This document shows, piece by piece, positions 38,012-52,113 of a DNA stretch of 64,000 bases. The number at the start of each line of letters is the position of its first letter. The first letter of the stretch is position 1. This stretch comes from Eledone cirrhosa (taxonomy: Eukaryota), in NCBI GenBank assembly GCA_964016885.1, contig OZ024740.1, positions 256,494,001 through 256,558,000 on the forward strand, read 5' to 3'. Below the pieces are notes generated by a model. The model was not told the origin of the DNA. It did not search any database and saw only the letters and a list, made by a program, of their open reading frames with translations. The position numbers and the translations under genes are program-made.

Positions 38012-41000
38012 GTGAAAAAACTTGGTACACCTACATATGTATACGTGTGTGTATTCATATACATACTAGTATTTCAGTATACATATATGGATGTACATCT
38101 TTAACTTAATTGTTTAAGCGTCAGTCATACAAAAGTGAGTTACAAACGAAACGAAATTTAATTTCGTTTCGTTATTTGTTTTTATCGTCTCCGTTGAACC
38201 GGTACTTACTCACACTCTATGCAAATTAGTCTGCCCACTACTAATTTTCATAGAAAAAGCATATAACGATATGTGCTTTTACGATTCTCTAGAGAGGCCG
38301 GAAGATAGGTAAATATTGCTGATGAGTTGTAACAACAACGAAACTAGTTCAATATTCCTTGTCTGGCTTTCTGGAGAATAGAGGAGAGGTGTTTCCTCAA
38401 AAACCAGTATGACTCTAAAAACCGGTTTGTCTGTGTGTTTACATACAGAATAGCTGGCCACTCACAGTAAAGTGACCAGTGAAAAAACTTGGTACACCTA
38501 CATATGTATACGTGTGTGTATTCATATACATACTAGTATTTCAGTATACATATATGGATGTACATCTTTAACTTAATTGTTTAAGCGTCAGTCATACAAA
38601 AGTGAGTTACAAACGAAACGAAATTTAATTTCGTTTCGTTATTTGTTTTTATCGTCTCCGTTGAACCGGTACTTACTCACACTCTATGCAAATTAGTCTG
38701 CCCACTACTAATTTTCATAGAAAAAGCATATAACGATATGTGCTTTTACGATTCTCTAGAGAGGCCGGAAGATAGGTAAATATTGCTGATGAGTTGTAAC
38801 AACAACGAAACTAGTTCAATATTCCTTGTCTGGCTTTCTGGAGAATAGAGGAGAGGTGTTTCCTCAAAAACCAGTATGACTCTAAAAACCGGTTTGTCTG
38901 TGTGTTTACATACAGAATAGCTGGCCACTCACAGTAAAGTGACCAGTGAAAAAACTTGGTACACCTACATATGTATACGTGTGTGTATTCATATACATAC
39001 TAGTATTTCAGTATACATATATGGATGTACATCTTTAACTTAATTGTTTAAGCGTCAGTCATACAAAAGTGAGTTACAAACGAAACGAAATTTAATTTCG
39101 TTTCGTTATTTGTTTTTATCGTCTCCGTTGAACCGGTACTTACTCACACTCTATGCAAATTAGTCTGCCCACTACTAATTTTCATAGAAAAAGCATATAA
39201 CGATATGTGCTTTTACGATTCTCTAGAGAGGCCGGAAGATAGGTAAATATTGCTGATGAGTTGTAACAACAACGAAACTAGTTCAATATTCCTTGTCTGG
39301 CTTTCTGGAGAATAGAGGAGAGGTGTTTCCTCAAAAACCAGTATGACTCTAAAAACCGGTTTGTCTGTGTGTTTACATACAGAATAGCTGGCCACTCACA
39401 GTAAAGTGACCAGTGAAAAAACTTGGTACACCTACATATGTATACGTGTGTGTATTCATATACATACTAGTATTTCAGTATACATATATGGATGTACATC
39501 TTTAACTTAATTGTTTAAGCGTCAGTCATACAAAAGTGAGTTACAAACGAAACGAAATTTAATTTCGTTTCGTTATTTGTTTTTATCGTCTCCGTTGAAC
39601 CGGTACTTACTCACACTCTATGCAAATTAGTCTGCCCACTACTAATTTTCATAGAAAAAGCATATAACGATATGTGCTTTTACGATTCTCTAGAGAGGCC
39701 GGAAGATAGGTAAATATTGCTGATGAGTTGTAACAACAACGAAACTAGTTCAATATTCCTTGTCTGGCTTTCTGGAGAATAGAGGAGAGGTGTTTCCTCA
39801 AAAACCAGTATGACTCTAAAAACCGGTTTGTCTGTGTGTTTACATACAGAATAGCTGGCCACTCACAGTAAAGTGACCAGTGAAAAAACTTGGTACACCT
39901 ACATATGTATACGTGTGTGTATTCATATACATACTAGTATTTCAGTATACATATATGGATGTACATCTTTAACTTAATTGTTTAAGCGTCAGTCATACAA
40001 AAGTGAGTTACAAACGAAACGAAATTTAATTTCGTTTCGTTATTTGTTTTTATCGTCTCCGTTGAACCGGTACTTACTCACACTCTATGCAAATTAGTCT
40101 GCCCACTACTAATTTTCATAGAAAAAGCATATAACGATATGTGCTTTTACGATTCTCTAGAGAGGCCGGAAGATAGGTAAATATTGCTGATGAGTTGTAA
40201 CAACAACGAAACTAGTTCAATATTCCTTGTCTGGCTTTCTGGAGAATAGAGGAGAGGTGTTTCCTCAAAAACCAGTATGACTCTAAAAACCGGTTTGTCT
40301 GTGTGTTTACATACAGAATAGCTGGCCACTCACAGTAAAGTGACCAGTGAAAAAACTTGGTACACCTACATATGTATACGTGTGTGTATTCATATACATA
40401 CTAGTATTTCAGTATACATATATGGATGTACATCTTTAACTTAATTGTTTAAGCGTCAGTCATACAAAAGTGAGTTACAAACGAAACGAAATTTAATTTC
40501 GTTTCGTTATTTGTTTTTATCGTCTCCGTTGAACCGGTACTTACTCACACTCTATGCAAATTAGTCTGCCCACTACTAATTTTCATAGAAAAAGCATATA
40601 ACGATATGTGCTTTTACGATTCTCTAGAGAGGCCGGAAGATAGGTAAATATTGCTGATGAGTTGTAACAACAACGAAACTAGTTCAATATTCCTTGTCTG
40701 GCTTTCTGGAGAATAGAGGAGAGGTGTTTCCTCAAAAACCAGTATGACTCTAAAAACCGGTTTGTCTGTGTGTTTACATACAGAATAGCTGGCCACTCAC
40801 AGTAAAGTGACCAGTGAAAAAACTTGGTACACCTACATATGTATACGTGTGTGTATTCATATACATACTAGTATTTCAGTATACATATATGGATGTACAT
40901 CTTTAACTTAATTGTTTAAGCGTCAGTCATACAAAAGTGAGTTACAAACGAAACGAAATTTAATTTCGTTTCGTTATTTGTTTTTATCGTCTCCGTTGAA

Positions 41001-44000
41001 CCGGTACTTACTCACACTCTATGCAAATTAGTCTGCCCACTACTAATTTTCATAGAAAAAGCATATAACGATATGTGCTTTTACGATTCTCTAGAGAGGC
41101 CGGAAGATAGGTAAATATTGCTGATGAGTTGTAACAACAACGAAACTAGTTCAATATTCCTTGTCTGGCTTTCTGGAGAATAGAGGAGAGGTGTTTCCTC
41201 AAAAACCAGTATGACTCTAAAAACCGGTTTGTCTGTGTGTTTACATACAGAATAGCTGGCCACTCACAGTAAAGTGACCAGTGAAAAAACTTGGTACACC
41301 TACATATGTATACGTGTGTGTATTCATATACATACTAGTATTTCAGTATACATATATGGATGTACATCTTTAACTTAATTGTTTAAGCGTCAGTCATACA
41401 AAAGTGAGTTACAAACGAAACGAAATTTAATTTCGTTTCGTTATTTGTTTTTATCGTCTCCGTTGAACCGGTACTTACTCACACTCTATGCAAATTAGTC
41501 TGCCCACTACTAATTTTCATAGAAAAAGCATATAACGATATGTGCTTTTACGATTCTCTAGAGAGGCCGGAAGATAGGTAAATATTGCTGATGAGTTGTA
41601 ACAACAACGAAACTAGTTCAATATTCCTTGTCTGGCTTTCTGGAGAATAGAGGAGAGGTGTTTCCTCAAAAACCAGTATGACTCTAAAAACCGGTTTGTC
41701 TGTGTGTTTACATACAGAATAGCTGGCCACTCACAGTAAAGTGACCAGTGAAAAAACTTGGTACACCTACATATGTATACGTGTGTGTATTCATATACAT
41801 ACTAGTATTTCAGTATACATATATGGATGTACATCTTTAACTTAATTGTTTAAGCGTCAGTCATACAAAAGTGAGTTACAAACGAAACGAAATTTAATTT
41901 CGTTTCGTTATTTGTTTTTATCGTCTCCGTTGAACCGGTACTTACTCACACTCTATGCAAATTAGTCTGCCCACTACTAATTTTCATAGAAAAAGCATAT
42001 AACGATATGTGCTTTTACGATTCTCTAGAGAGGCCGGAAGATAGGTAAATATTGCTGATGAGTTGTAACAACAACGAAACTAGTTCAATATTCCTTGTCT
42101 GGCTTTCTGGAGAATAGAGGAGAGGTGTTTCCTCAAAAACCAGTATGACTCTAAAAACCGGTTTGTCTGTGTGTTTACATACAGAATAGCTGGCCACTCA
42201 CAGTAAAGTGACCAGTGAAAAAACTTGGTACACCTACATATGTATACGTGTGTGTATTCATATACATACTAGTATTTCAGTATACATATATGGATGTACA
42301 TCTTTAACTTAATTGTTTAAGCGTCAGTCATACAAAAGTGAGTTACAAACGAAACGAAATTTAATTTCGTTTCGTTATTTGTTTTTATCGTCTCCGTTGA
42401 ACCGGTACTTACTCACACTCTATGCAAATTAGTCTGCCCACTACTAATTTTCATAGAAAAAGCATATAACGATATGTGCTTTTACGATTCTCTAGAGAGG
42501 CCGGAAGATAGGTAAATATTGCTGATGAGTTGTAACAACAACGAAACTAGTTCAATATTCCTTGTCTGGCTTTCTGGAGAATAGAGGAGAGGTGTTTCCT
42601 CAAAAACCAGTATGACTCTAAAAACCGGTTTGTCTGTGTGTTTACATACAGAATAGCTGGCCACTCACAGTAAAGTGACCAGTGAAAAAACTTGGTACAC
42701 CTACATATGTATACGTGTGTGTATTCATATACATACTAGTATTTCAGTATACATATATGGATGTACATCTTTAACTTAATTGTTTAAGCGTCAGTCATAC
42801 AAAAGTGAGTTACAAACGAAACGAAATTTAATTTCGTTTCGTTATTTGTTTTTATCGTCTCCGTTGAACCGGTACTTACTCACACTCTATGCAAATTAGT
42901 CTGCCCACTACTAATTTTCATAGAAAAAGCATATAACGATATGTGCTTTTACGATTCTCTAGAGAGGCCGGAAGATAGGTAAATATTGCTGATGAGTTGT
43001 AACAACAACGAAACTAGTTCAATATTCCTTGTCTGGCTTTCTGGAGAATAGAGGAGAGGTGTTTCCTCAAAAACCAGTATGACTCTAAAAACCGGTTTGT
43101 CTGTGTGTTTACATACAGAATAGCTGGCCACTCACAGTAAAGTGACCAGTGAAAAAACTTGGTACACCTACATATGTATACGTGTGTGTATTCATATACA
43201 TACTAGTATTTCAGTATACATATATGGATGTACATCTTTAACTTAATTGTTTAAGCGTCAGTCATACAAAAGTGAGTTACAAACGAAACGAAATTTAATT
43301 TCGTTTCGTTATTTGTTTTTATCGTCTCCGTTGAACCGGTACTTACTCACACTCTATGCAAATTAGTCTGCCCACTACTAATTTTCATAGAAAAAGCATA
43401 TAACGATATGTGCTTTTACGATTCTCTAGAGAGGCCGGAAGATAGGTAAATATTGCTGATGAGTTGTAACAACAACGAAACTAGTTCAATATTCCTTGTC
43501 TGGCTTTCTGGAGAATAGAGGAGAGGTGTTTCCTCAAAAACCAGTATGACTCTAAAAACCGGTTTGTCTGTGTGTTTACATACAGAATAGCTGGCCACTC
43601 ACAGTAAAGTGACCAGTGAAAAAACTTGGTACACCTACATATGTATACGTGTGTGTATTCATATACATACTAGTATTTCAGTATACATATATGGATGTAC
43701 ATCTTTAACTTAATTGTTTAAGCGTCAGTCATACAAAAGTGAGTTACAAACGAAACGAAATTTAATTTCGTTTCGTTATTTGTTTTTATCGTCTCCGTTG
43801 AACCGGTACTTACTCACACTCTATGCAAATTAGTCTGCCCACTACTAATTTTCATAGAAAAAGCATATAACGATATGTGCTTTTACGATTCTCTAGAGAG
43901 GCCGGAAGATAGGTAAATATTGCTGATGAGTTGTAACAACAACGAAACTAGTTCAATATTCCTTGTCTGGCTTTCTGGAGAATAGAGGAGAGGTGTTTCC

Positions 44001-47000
44001 TCAAAAACCAGTATGACTCTAAAAACCGGTTTGTCTGTGTGTTTACATACAGAATAGCTGGCCACTCACAGTAAAGTGACCAGTGAAAAAACTTGGTACA
44101 CCTACATATGTATACGTGTGTGTATTCATATACATACTAGTATTTCAGTATACATATATGGATGTACATCTTTAACTTAATTGTTTAAGCGTCAGTCATA
44201 CAAAAGTGAGTTACAAACGAAACGAAATTTAATTTCGTTTCGTTATTTGTTTTTATCGTCTCCGTTGAACCGGTACTTACTCACACTCTATGCAAATTAG
44301 TCTGCCCACTACTAATTTTCATAGAAAAAGCATATAACGATATGTGCTTTTACGATTCTCTAGAGAGGCCGGAAGATAGGTAAATATTGCTGATGAGTTG
44401 TAACAACAACGAAACTAGTTCAATATTCCTTGTCTGGCTTTCTGGAGAATAGAGGAGAGGTGTTTCCTCAAAAACCAGTATGACTCTAAAAACCGGTTTG
44501 TCTGTGTGTTTACATACAGAATAGCTGGCCACTCACAGTAAAGTGACCAGTGAAAAAACTTGGTACACCTACATATGTATACGTGTGTGTATTCATATAC
44601 ATACTAGTATTTCAGTATACATATATGGATGTACATCTTTAACTTAATTGTTTAAGCGTCAGTCATACAAAAGTGAGTTACAAACGAAACGAAAATTTAA
44701 TTTCGTTTCGTTATTTGTTTTTATCGTCTCCGTTGAAACGGTACTTACTCACACTCTATGCAAATTAGTCTGCCCACTACTAATTTTCATAGAAAAAGCA
44801 TATAACGATATGTGCTTTTACGATTCTCTAGAGAGGCCGGAAGATAGGTAAATATTGCTGATGAGTTGTAACAACAACGAAACTAGTTCAATATTCCTTG
44901 TCTGGCTTTCTGGAGAATAGAGGAGAGGTGTTTCCTCAAAAACCAGTATGACTCTAAAAACCGGTTTGTCTGTGTGTTTACATACAGAATAGCTGGCCAC
45001 TCACAGTAAAGTGACCAGTGAAAAAACTTGGTACACCTACATATGTATACGTGTGTGTATTCATATACATACTAGTATTTCAGTATACATATATGGATGT
45101 ACATCTTTAACTTAATTGTTTAAGCGTCAGTCATACAAAAGTGAGTTACAAACGAAACGAAATTTAATTTCGTTTCGTTATTTGTTTTTATCGTCTCCGT
45201 TGAACCGGTACTTACTCACACTCTATGCAAATTAGTCTGCCCACTACTAATTTTCATAGAAAAAGCATATAACGATATGTGCTTTTACGATTCTCTAGAG
45301 AGGCCGGAAGATAGGTAAATATTGCTGATGAGTTGTAACAACAACGAAACTAGTTCAATATTCCTTGTCTGGCTTTCTGGAGAATAGAGGAGAGGTGTTT
45401 CCTCAAAAACCAGTATGACTCTAAAAACCGGTTTGTCTGTGTGTTTACATACAGAATAGCTGGCCACTCACAGTAAAGTGACCAGTGAAAAAACTTGGTA
45501 CACCTACATATGTATACGTGTGTGTATTCATATACATACTAGTATTTCAGTATACATATATGGATGTACATCTTTAACTTAATTGTTTAAGCGTCAGTCA
45601 TACAAAAGTGAGTTACAAACGAAACGAAATTTAATTTCGTTTCGTTATTTGTTTTTATCGTCTCCGTTGAACCGGTACTTACTCACACTCTATGCAAATT
45701 AGTCTGCCCACTACTAATTTTCATAGAAAAAGCATATAACGATATGTGCTTTTACGATTCTCTAGAGAGGCCGGAAGATAGGTAAATATTGCTGATGAGT
45801 TGTAACAACAACGAAACTAGTTCAATATTCCTTGTCTGGCTTTCTGGAGAATAGAGGAGAGGTGTTTCCTCAAAAACCAGTATGACTCTAAAAACCGGTT
45901 TGTCTGTGTGTTTACATACAGAATAGCTGGCCACTCACAGTAAAGTGACCAGTGAAAAAACTTGGTACACCTACATATGTATACGTGTGTGTATTCATAT
46001 ACATACTAGTATTTCAGTATACATATATGGATGTACATCTTTAACTTAATTGTTTAAGCGTCAGTCATACAAAAGTGAGTTACAAACGAAACGAAATTTA
46101 ATTTCGTTTCGTTATTTGTTTTTATCGTCTCCGTTGAACCGGTACTTACTCACACTCTATGCAAATTAGTCTGCCCACTACTAATTTTCATAGAAAAAGC
46201 ATATAACGATATGTGCTTTTACGATTCTCTAGAGAGGCCGGAAGATAGGTAAATATTGCTGATGAGTTGTAACAACAACGAAACTAGTTCAATATTCCTT
46301 GTCTGGCTTTCTGGAGAATAGAGGAGAGGTGTTTCCTCAAAAACCAGTATGACTCTAAAAAACCGGTTTGTCTGTGTGTTTACATACAGAATAGCTGGCC
46401 ACTCACAGTAAAGTGACCAGTGAAAAAACTTGGTACACCTACATATGTATACGTGTGTGTATTCATATACATACTAGTATTTCAGTATACATATATGGAT
46501 GTACATCTTTAACTTAATTGTTTAAGCGTCAGTCATACAAAAGTGAGTTACAAACGAAACGAAATTTAATTTCGTTTCGTTATTTGTTTTTATCGTCTCC
46601 GTTGAACCGGTACTTACTCACACTCTATGCAAATTAGTCTGCCCACTACTAATTTTCATAGAAAAAGCATATAACGATATGTGCTTTTACGATTCTCTAG
46701 AGAGGCCGGAAGATAGGTAAATATTGCTGATGAGTTGTAACAACAACGAAACTAGTTCAATATTCCTTGTCTGGCTTTCTGGAGAATAGAGGAGAGGTGT
46801 TTCCTCAAAAACCAGTATGACTCTAAAAACCGGTTTGTCTGTGTGTTTACATACAGAATAGCTGGCCACTCACAGTAAAGTGACCAGTGAAAAAACTTGG
46901 TACACCTACATATGTATACGTGTGTGTATTCATATACATACTAGTATTTCAGTATACATATATGGATGTACATCTTTAACTTAATTGTTTAAGCGTCAGT

Positions 47001-50000
47001 CATACAAAAGTGAGTTACAAACGAAACGAAATTTAATTTCGTTTCGTTATTTGTTTTTATCGTCTCCGTTGAACCGGTACTTACTCACACTCTATGCAAA
47101 TTAGTCTGCCCACTACTAATTTTCATAGAAAAAGCATATAACGATATGTGCTTTTACGATTCTCTAGAGAGGCCGGAAGATAGGTAAATATTGCTGATGA
47201 GTTGTAACAACAACGAAACTAGTTCAATATTCCTTGTCTGGCTTTCTGGAGAATAGAGGAGAGGTGTTTCCTCAAAAACCAGTATGACTCTAAAAACCGG
47301 TTTGTCTGTGTGTTTACATACAGAATAGCTGGCCACTCACAGTAAAGTGACCAGTGAAAAAACTTGGTACACCTACATATGTATACGTGTGTGTATTCAT
47401 ATACATACTAGTATTTCAGTATACATATATGGATGTACATCTTTAACTTAATTGTTTAAGCGTCAGTCATACAAAAGTGAGTTACAAACGAAACGAAATT
47501 TAATTTCGTTTCGTTATTTGTTTTTATCGTCTCCGTTGAACCGGTACTTACTCACACTCTATGCAAATTAGTCTGCCCACTACTAATTTTCATAGAAAAA
47601 GCATATAACGATATGTGCTTTTACGATTCTCTAGAGAGGCCGGAAGATAGGTAAATATTGCTGATGAGTTGTAACAACAACGAAACTAGTTCAATATTCC
47701 TTGTCTGGCTTTCTGGAGAATAGAGGAGAGGTGTTTCCTCAAAAACCAGTATGACTCTAAAAACCGGTTTGTCTGTGTGTTTACATACAGAATAGCTGGC
47801 CACTCACAGTAAAGTGACCAGTGAAAAAACTTGGTACACCTACATATGTATACGTGTGTGTATTCATATACATACTAGTATTTCAGTATACATATATGGA
47901 TGTACATCTTTAACTTAATTGTTTAAGCGTCAGTCATACAAAGTGAGTTACAAACGAAACGAAATTTAATTTCGTTTCGTTATTTGTTTTTATCGTCTCC
48001 GTTGAACCGGTACTTACTCACACTCTATGCAAATTAGTCTGCCCACTACTAATTTTCATAGAAAAAGCATATAACGATATGTGCTTTTACGATTCTCTAG
48101 AGAGGCCGGAAGATAGGTAAATATTGCTGATGAGTTGTAACAACAACGAAACTAGTTCAATATTCCTTGTCTGGCTTTCTGGAGAATAGAGGAGAGGTGT
48201 TTCCTCAAAAACCAGTATGACTCTAAAAACCGGTTTGTCTGTGTGTTTACATACAGAATAGCTGGCCACTCACAGTAAAGTGACCAGTGAAAAAACTTGG
48301 TACACCTACATATGTATACGTGTGTGTATTCATATACATACTAGTATTTCAGTATACATATATGGATGTACATCTTTAACTTAATTGTTTAAGCGTCAGT
48401 CATACAAAAGTGAGTTACAAACGAAACGAAATTTAATTTCGTTTCGTTATTTGTTTTTATCGTCTCCGTTGAACCGGTACTTACTCACACTCTATGCAAA
48501 TTAGTCTGCCCACTACTAATTTTCATAGAAAAAGCATATAACGATATGTGCTTTTACGATTCTCTAGAGAGGCCGGAAGATAGGTAAATATTGCTGATGA
48601 GTTGTAACAACAACGAAACTAGTTCAATATTCCTTGTCTGGCTTTCTGGAGAATAGAGGAGAGGTGTTTCCTCAAAAACCAGTATGACTCTAAAAACCGG
48701 TTTGTCTGTGTGTTTACATACAGAATAGCTGGCCACTCACAGTAAAGTGACCAGTGAAAAAACTTGGTACACCTACATATGTATACGTGTGTGTATTCAT
48801 ATACATACTAGTATTTCAGTATACATATATGGATGTACATCTTTAACTTAATTGTTTAAGCGTCAGTCATACAAAAGTGAGTTACAAACGAAACGAAATT
48901 TAATTTCGTTTCGTTATTTGTTTTTATCGTCTCCGTTGAACCGGTACTTACTCACACTCTATGCAAATTAGTCTGCCCACTACTAATTTTCATAGAAAAA
49001 GCATATAACGATATGTGCTTTTACGATTCTCTAGAGAGGCCGGAAGATAGGTAAATATGCTGATGAGTTGTAACAACAACGAAACTAGTTCAATATTCCT
49101 TGTCTGGCTTTCTGGAGAATAGAGGAGAGGTGTTTCCTCAAAAACCAGTATGACTCTAAAAACCGGTTTGTCTGTGTGTTTACATACAGAATAGCTGGCC
49201 ACTCACAGTAAAGTGACCAGTGAAAAAACTTGGTACACCTACATATGTATACGTGTGTGTATTCATATACATACTAGTATTTCAGTATACATATATGGAT
49301 GTACATCTTTAACTTAATTGTTTAAGCGTCAGTCATACAAAAGTGAGTTACAAACGAAACGAAATTTAATTTCGTTTCGTTATTTGTTTTTATCGTCTCC
49401 GTTGAACCGGTACTTACTCACACTCTATGCAAATTAGTCTGCCCACTACTAATTTTCATAGAAAAAGCATATAACGATATGTGCTTTTACGATTCTCTAG
49501 AGAGGCCGGAAGATAGGTAAATATTGCTGATGAGTTGTAACAACAACGAAACTAGTTCAATATTCCTTGTCTGGCTTTCTGGAGAATAGAGGAGAGGTGT
49601 TTCCTCAAAAACCAGTATGACTCTAAAAACCGGTTTGTCTGTGTGTTTACATACAGAATAGCTGGCCACTCACAGTAAAGTGACCAGTGAAAAAACTTGG
49701 TACACCTACATATGTATACGTGTGTGTATTCATATACATACTAGTATTTCAGTATACATATATGGATGTACATCTTTAACTTAATTGTTTAAGCGTCAGT
49801 CATACAAAAGTGAGTTACAAACGAAACGAAATTTAATTTCGTTTCGTTATTTGTTTTTATCGTCTCCGTTGAACCGGTACTTACTCACACTCTATGCAAA
49901 TTAGTCTGCCCACTACTAATTTTCATAGAAAAAGCATATAACGATATGTGCTTTTACGATTCTCTAGAGAGGCCGGAAGATAGGTAAATATTGCTGATGA

Positions 50001-51721
50001 GTTGTAACAACAACGAAACTAGTTCAATATTCCTTGTCTGGCTTTCTGGAGAATAGAGGAGAGGTGTTTCCTCAAAAACCAGTATGACTCTAAAAACCGG
50101 TTTGTCTGTGTGTTTACATACAGAATAGCTGGCCACTCACAGTAAAGTGACCAGTGAAAAAACTTGGTACACCTACATATGTATACGTGTGTGTATTCAT
50201 ATACATACTAGTATTTCAGTATACATATATGGATGTACATCTTTAACTTAATTGTTTAAGCGTCAGTCATACAAAAGTGAGTTACAAACGAAACGAAATT
50301 TAATTTCGTTTCGTTATTTGTTTTTATCGTCTCCGTTGAACCGGTACTTACTCACACTCTATGCAAATTAGTCTGCCCACTACTAATTTTCATAGAAAAA
50401 GCATATAACGATATGTGCTTTTACGATTCTCTAGAGAGGCCGGAAGATAGGTAAATATTGCTGATGAGTTGTAACAACAACGAAACTAGTTCAATATTCC
50501 TTGTCTGGCTTTCTGGAGAATAGAGGAGAGGTGTTTCCTCAAAAACCAGTATGACTCTAAAAACCGGTTTGTCTGTGTGTTTACATACAGAATAGCTGGC
50601 CACTCACAGTAAAGTGACCAGTGAAAAAACTTGGTACACCTACATATGTATACGTGTGTGTATTCATATACATACTAGTATTTCAGTATACATATATGGA
50701 TGTACATCTTTAACTTAATTGTTTAAGCGTCAGTCATACAAAAGTGAGTTACAAACGAAACGAAATTTAATTTCGTTTCGTTATTTGTTTTTATCGTCTC
50801 CGTTGAACCGGTACTTACTCACACTCTATGCAAATTAGTCTGCCCACTACTAATTTTCATAGAAAAAGCATATAACGATATGTGCTTTTACGATTCTCTA
50901 GAGAGGCCGGAAGATAGGTAAATATTGCTGATGAGTTGTAACAACAACGAAACTAGTTCAATATTCCTTGTCTGGCTTTCTGGAGAATAGAGGAGAGGTG
51001 TTTCCTCAAAAACCAGTATGACTCTAAAAACCGGTTTGTCTGTGTGTTTACATACAGAATAGCTGGCCACTCACAGTAAAGTGACCAGTGAAAAAACTTG
51101 GTACACCTACATATGTATACGTGTGTGTATTCATATACATACTAGTATTTCAGTATACATATATGGATGTACATCTTTAACTTAATTGTTTAAGCGTCAG
51201 TCATACAAAAGTGAGTTACAAACGAAACGAAATTTAATTTCGTTTCGTTATTTGTTTTTATCGTCTCCGTTGAACCGGTACTTACTCACACTCTATGCAA
51301 ATTAGTCTGCCCACTACTAATTTTCATAGAAAAAGCATATAACGATATGTGCTTTTACGATTCTCTAGAGAGGCCGGAAGATAGGTAAATATTGCTGATG
51401 AGTTGTAACAACAACGAAACTAGTTCAATATTCCTTGTCTGGCTTTCTGGAGAATAGAGGAGAGGTGTTTCCTCAAAAACCAGTATGACTCTAAAAACCG
51501 GTTTGTCTGTGTGTTTACATACAGAATAGCTGGCCACTCACAGTAAAGTGACCAGTGAAAAAACTTGGTACACCTACATATGTATACGTGTGTGTATTCA
51601 TATACATACTAGTATTTCAGTATACATATATGGATGTACATCTTTAACTTAATTGTTTAAGCGTCAGTCATACAAAAGTGAGTTACAAACGAAACGAAAT
51701 TTAATTTCGTTTCGTTATTTG

Positions 51722-51728
<7 letters not shown>
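38012..51728 (+). repeat. 467-bp hammerhead satellite, right block (29.4 units, ribozyme on plus)
   Basis: Reverse complement of the left block; 29 HHR copies; ends directly in (TA)n. Confidence 0.97.
38312..38356 (+). ncRNA. Type I hammerhead ribozyme of the 467-bp unit (representative of 38 copies)
   Basis: AATATTG-CTGATGA-GTTGT(AACA)ACAAC-GAAA-CTAG-TT-CAATATT: 7-bp stem I, intact core, 5-bp stem II, palindromic minimal stem III, GUU site after 38349. Confidence 0.9.
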
Positions 51729-51759
<31 letters not shown>

Positions 51760-51982
51760 GGGAGGGGCATGCTGCCTATAAAAACACACGCACATGTTGG
51801 AATTTCACTTCCTTTTACTATCAACTCGTAACAACGGTTAGGTCAATAATCAGATGGTTGTTTAGTTGTTGTTTATTGTCAAAGCTCTTTCATTACACAT
51901 ACTGTGACCTCCCCGGTGACTACTTTCGTAGCTATTTTGTGACTCCTCTTGTAATTTTATGTATATATACACACACACACAC

Positions 51983-52113
<131 letters not shown>

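Noticed and set aside
34069-51537. Repeated 60-aa ORF (MASYSVCKH...)
   Set aside because: It starts at GTG, is antisense to the ribozyme, has no recognisable motif, and recurs only because the unit repeats.
33947-51728. CRISPR array or tandem 5S/snRNA/tRNA genes
   Set aside because: There are no variable spacers, the context is eukaryotic, and I recognised no 5S, snRNA or tRNA sequence in the unit.
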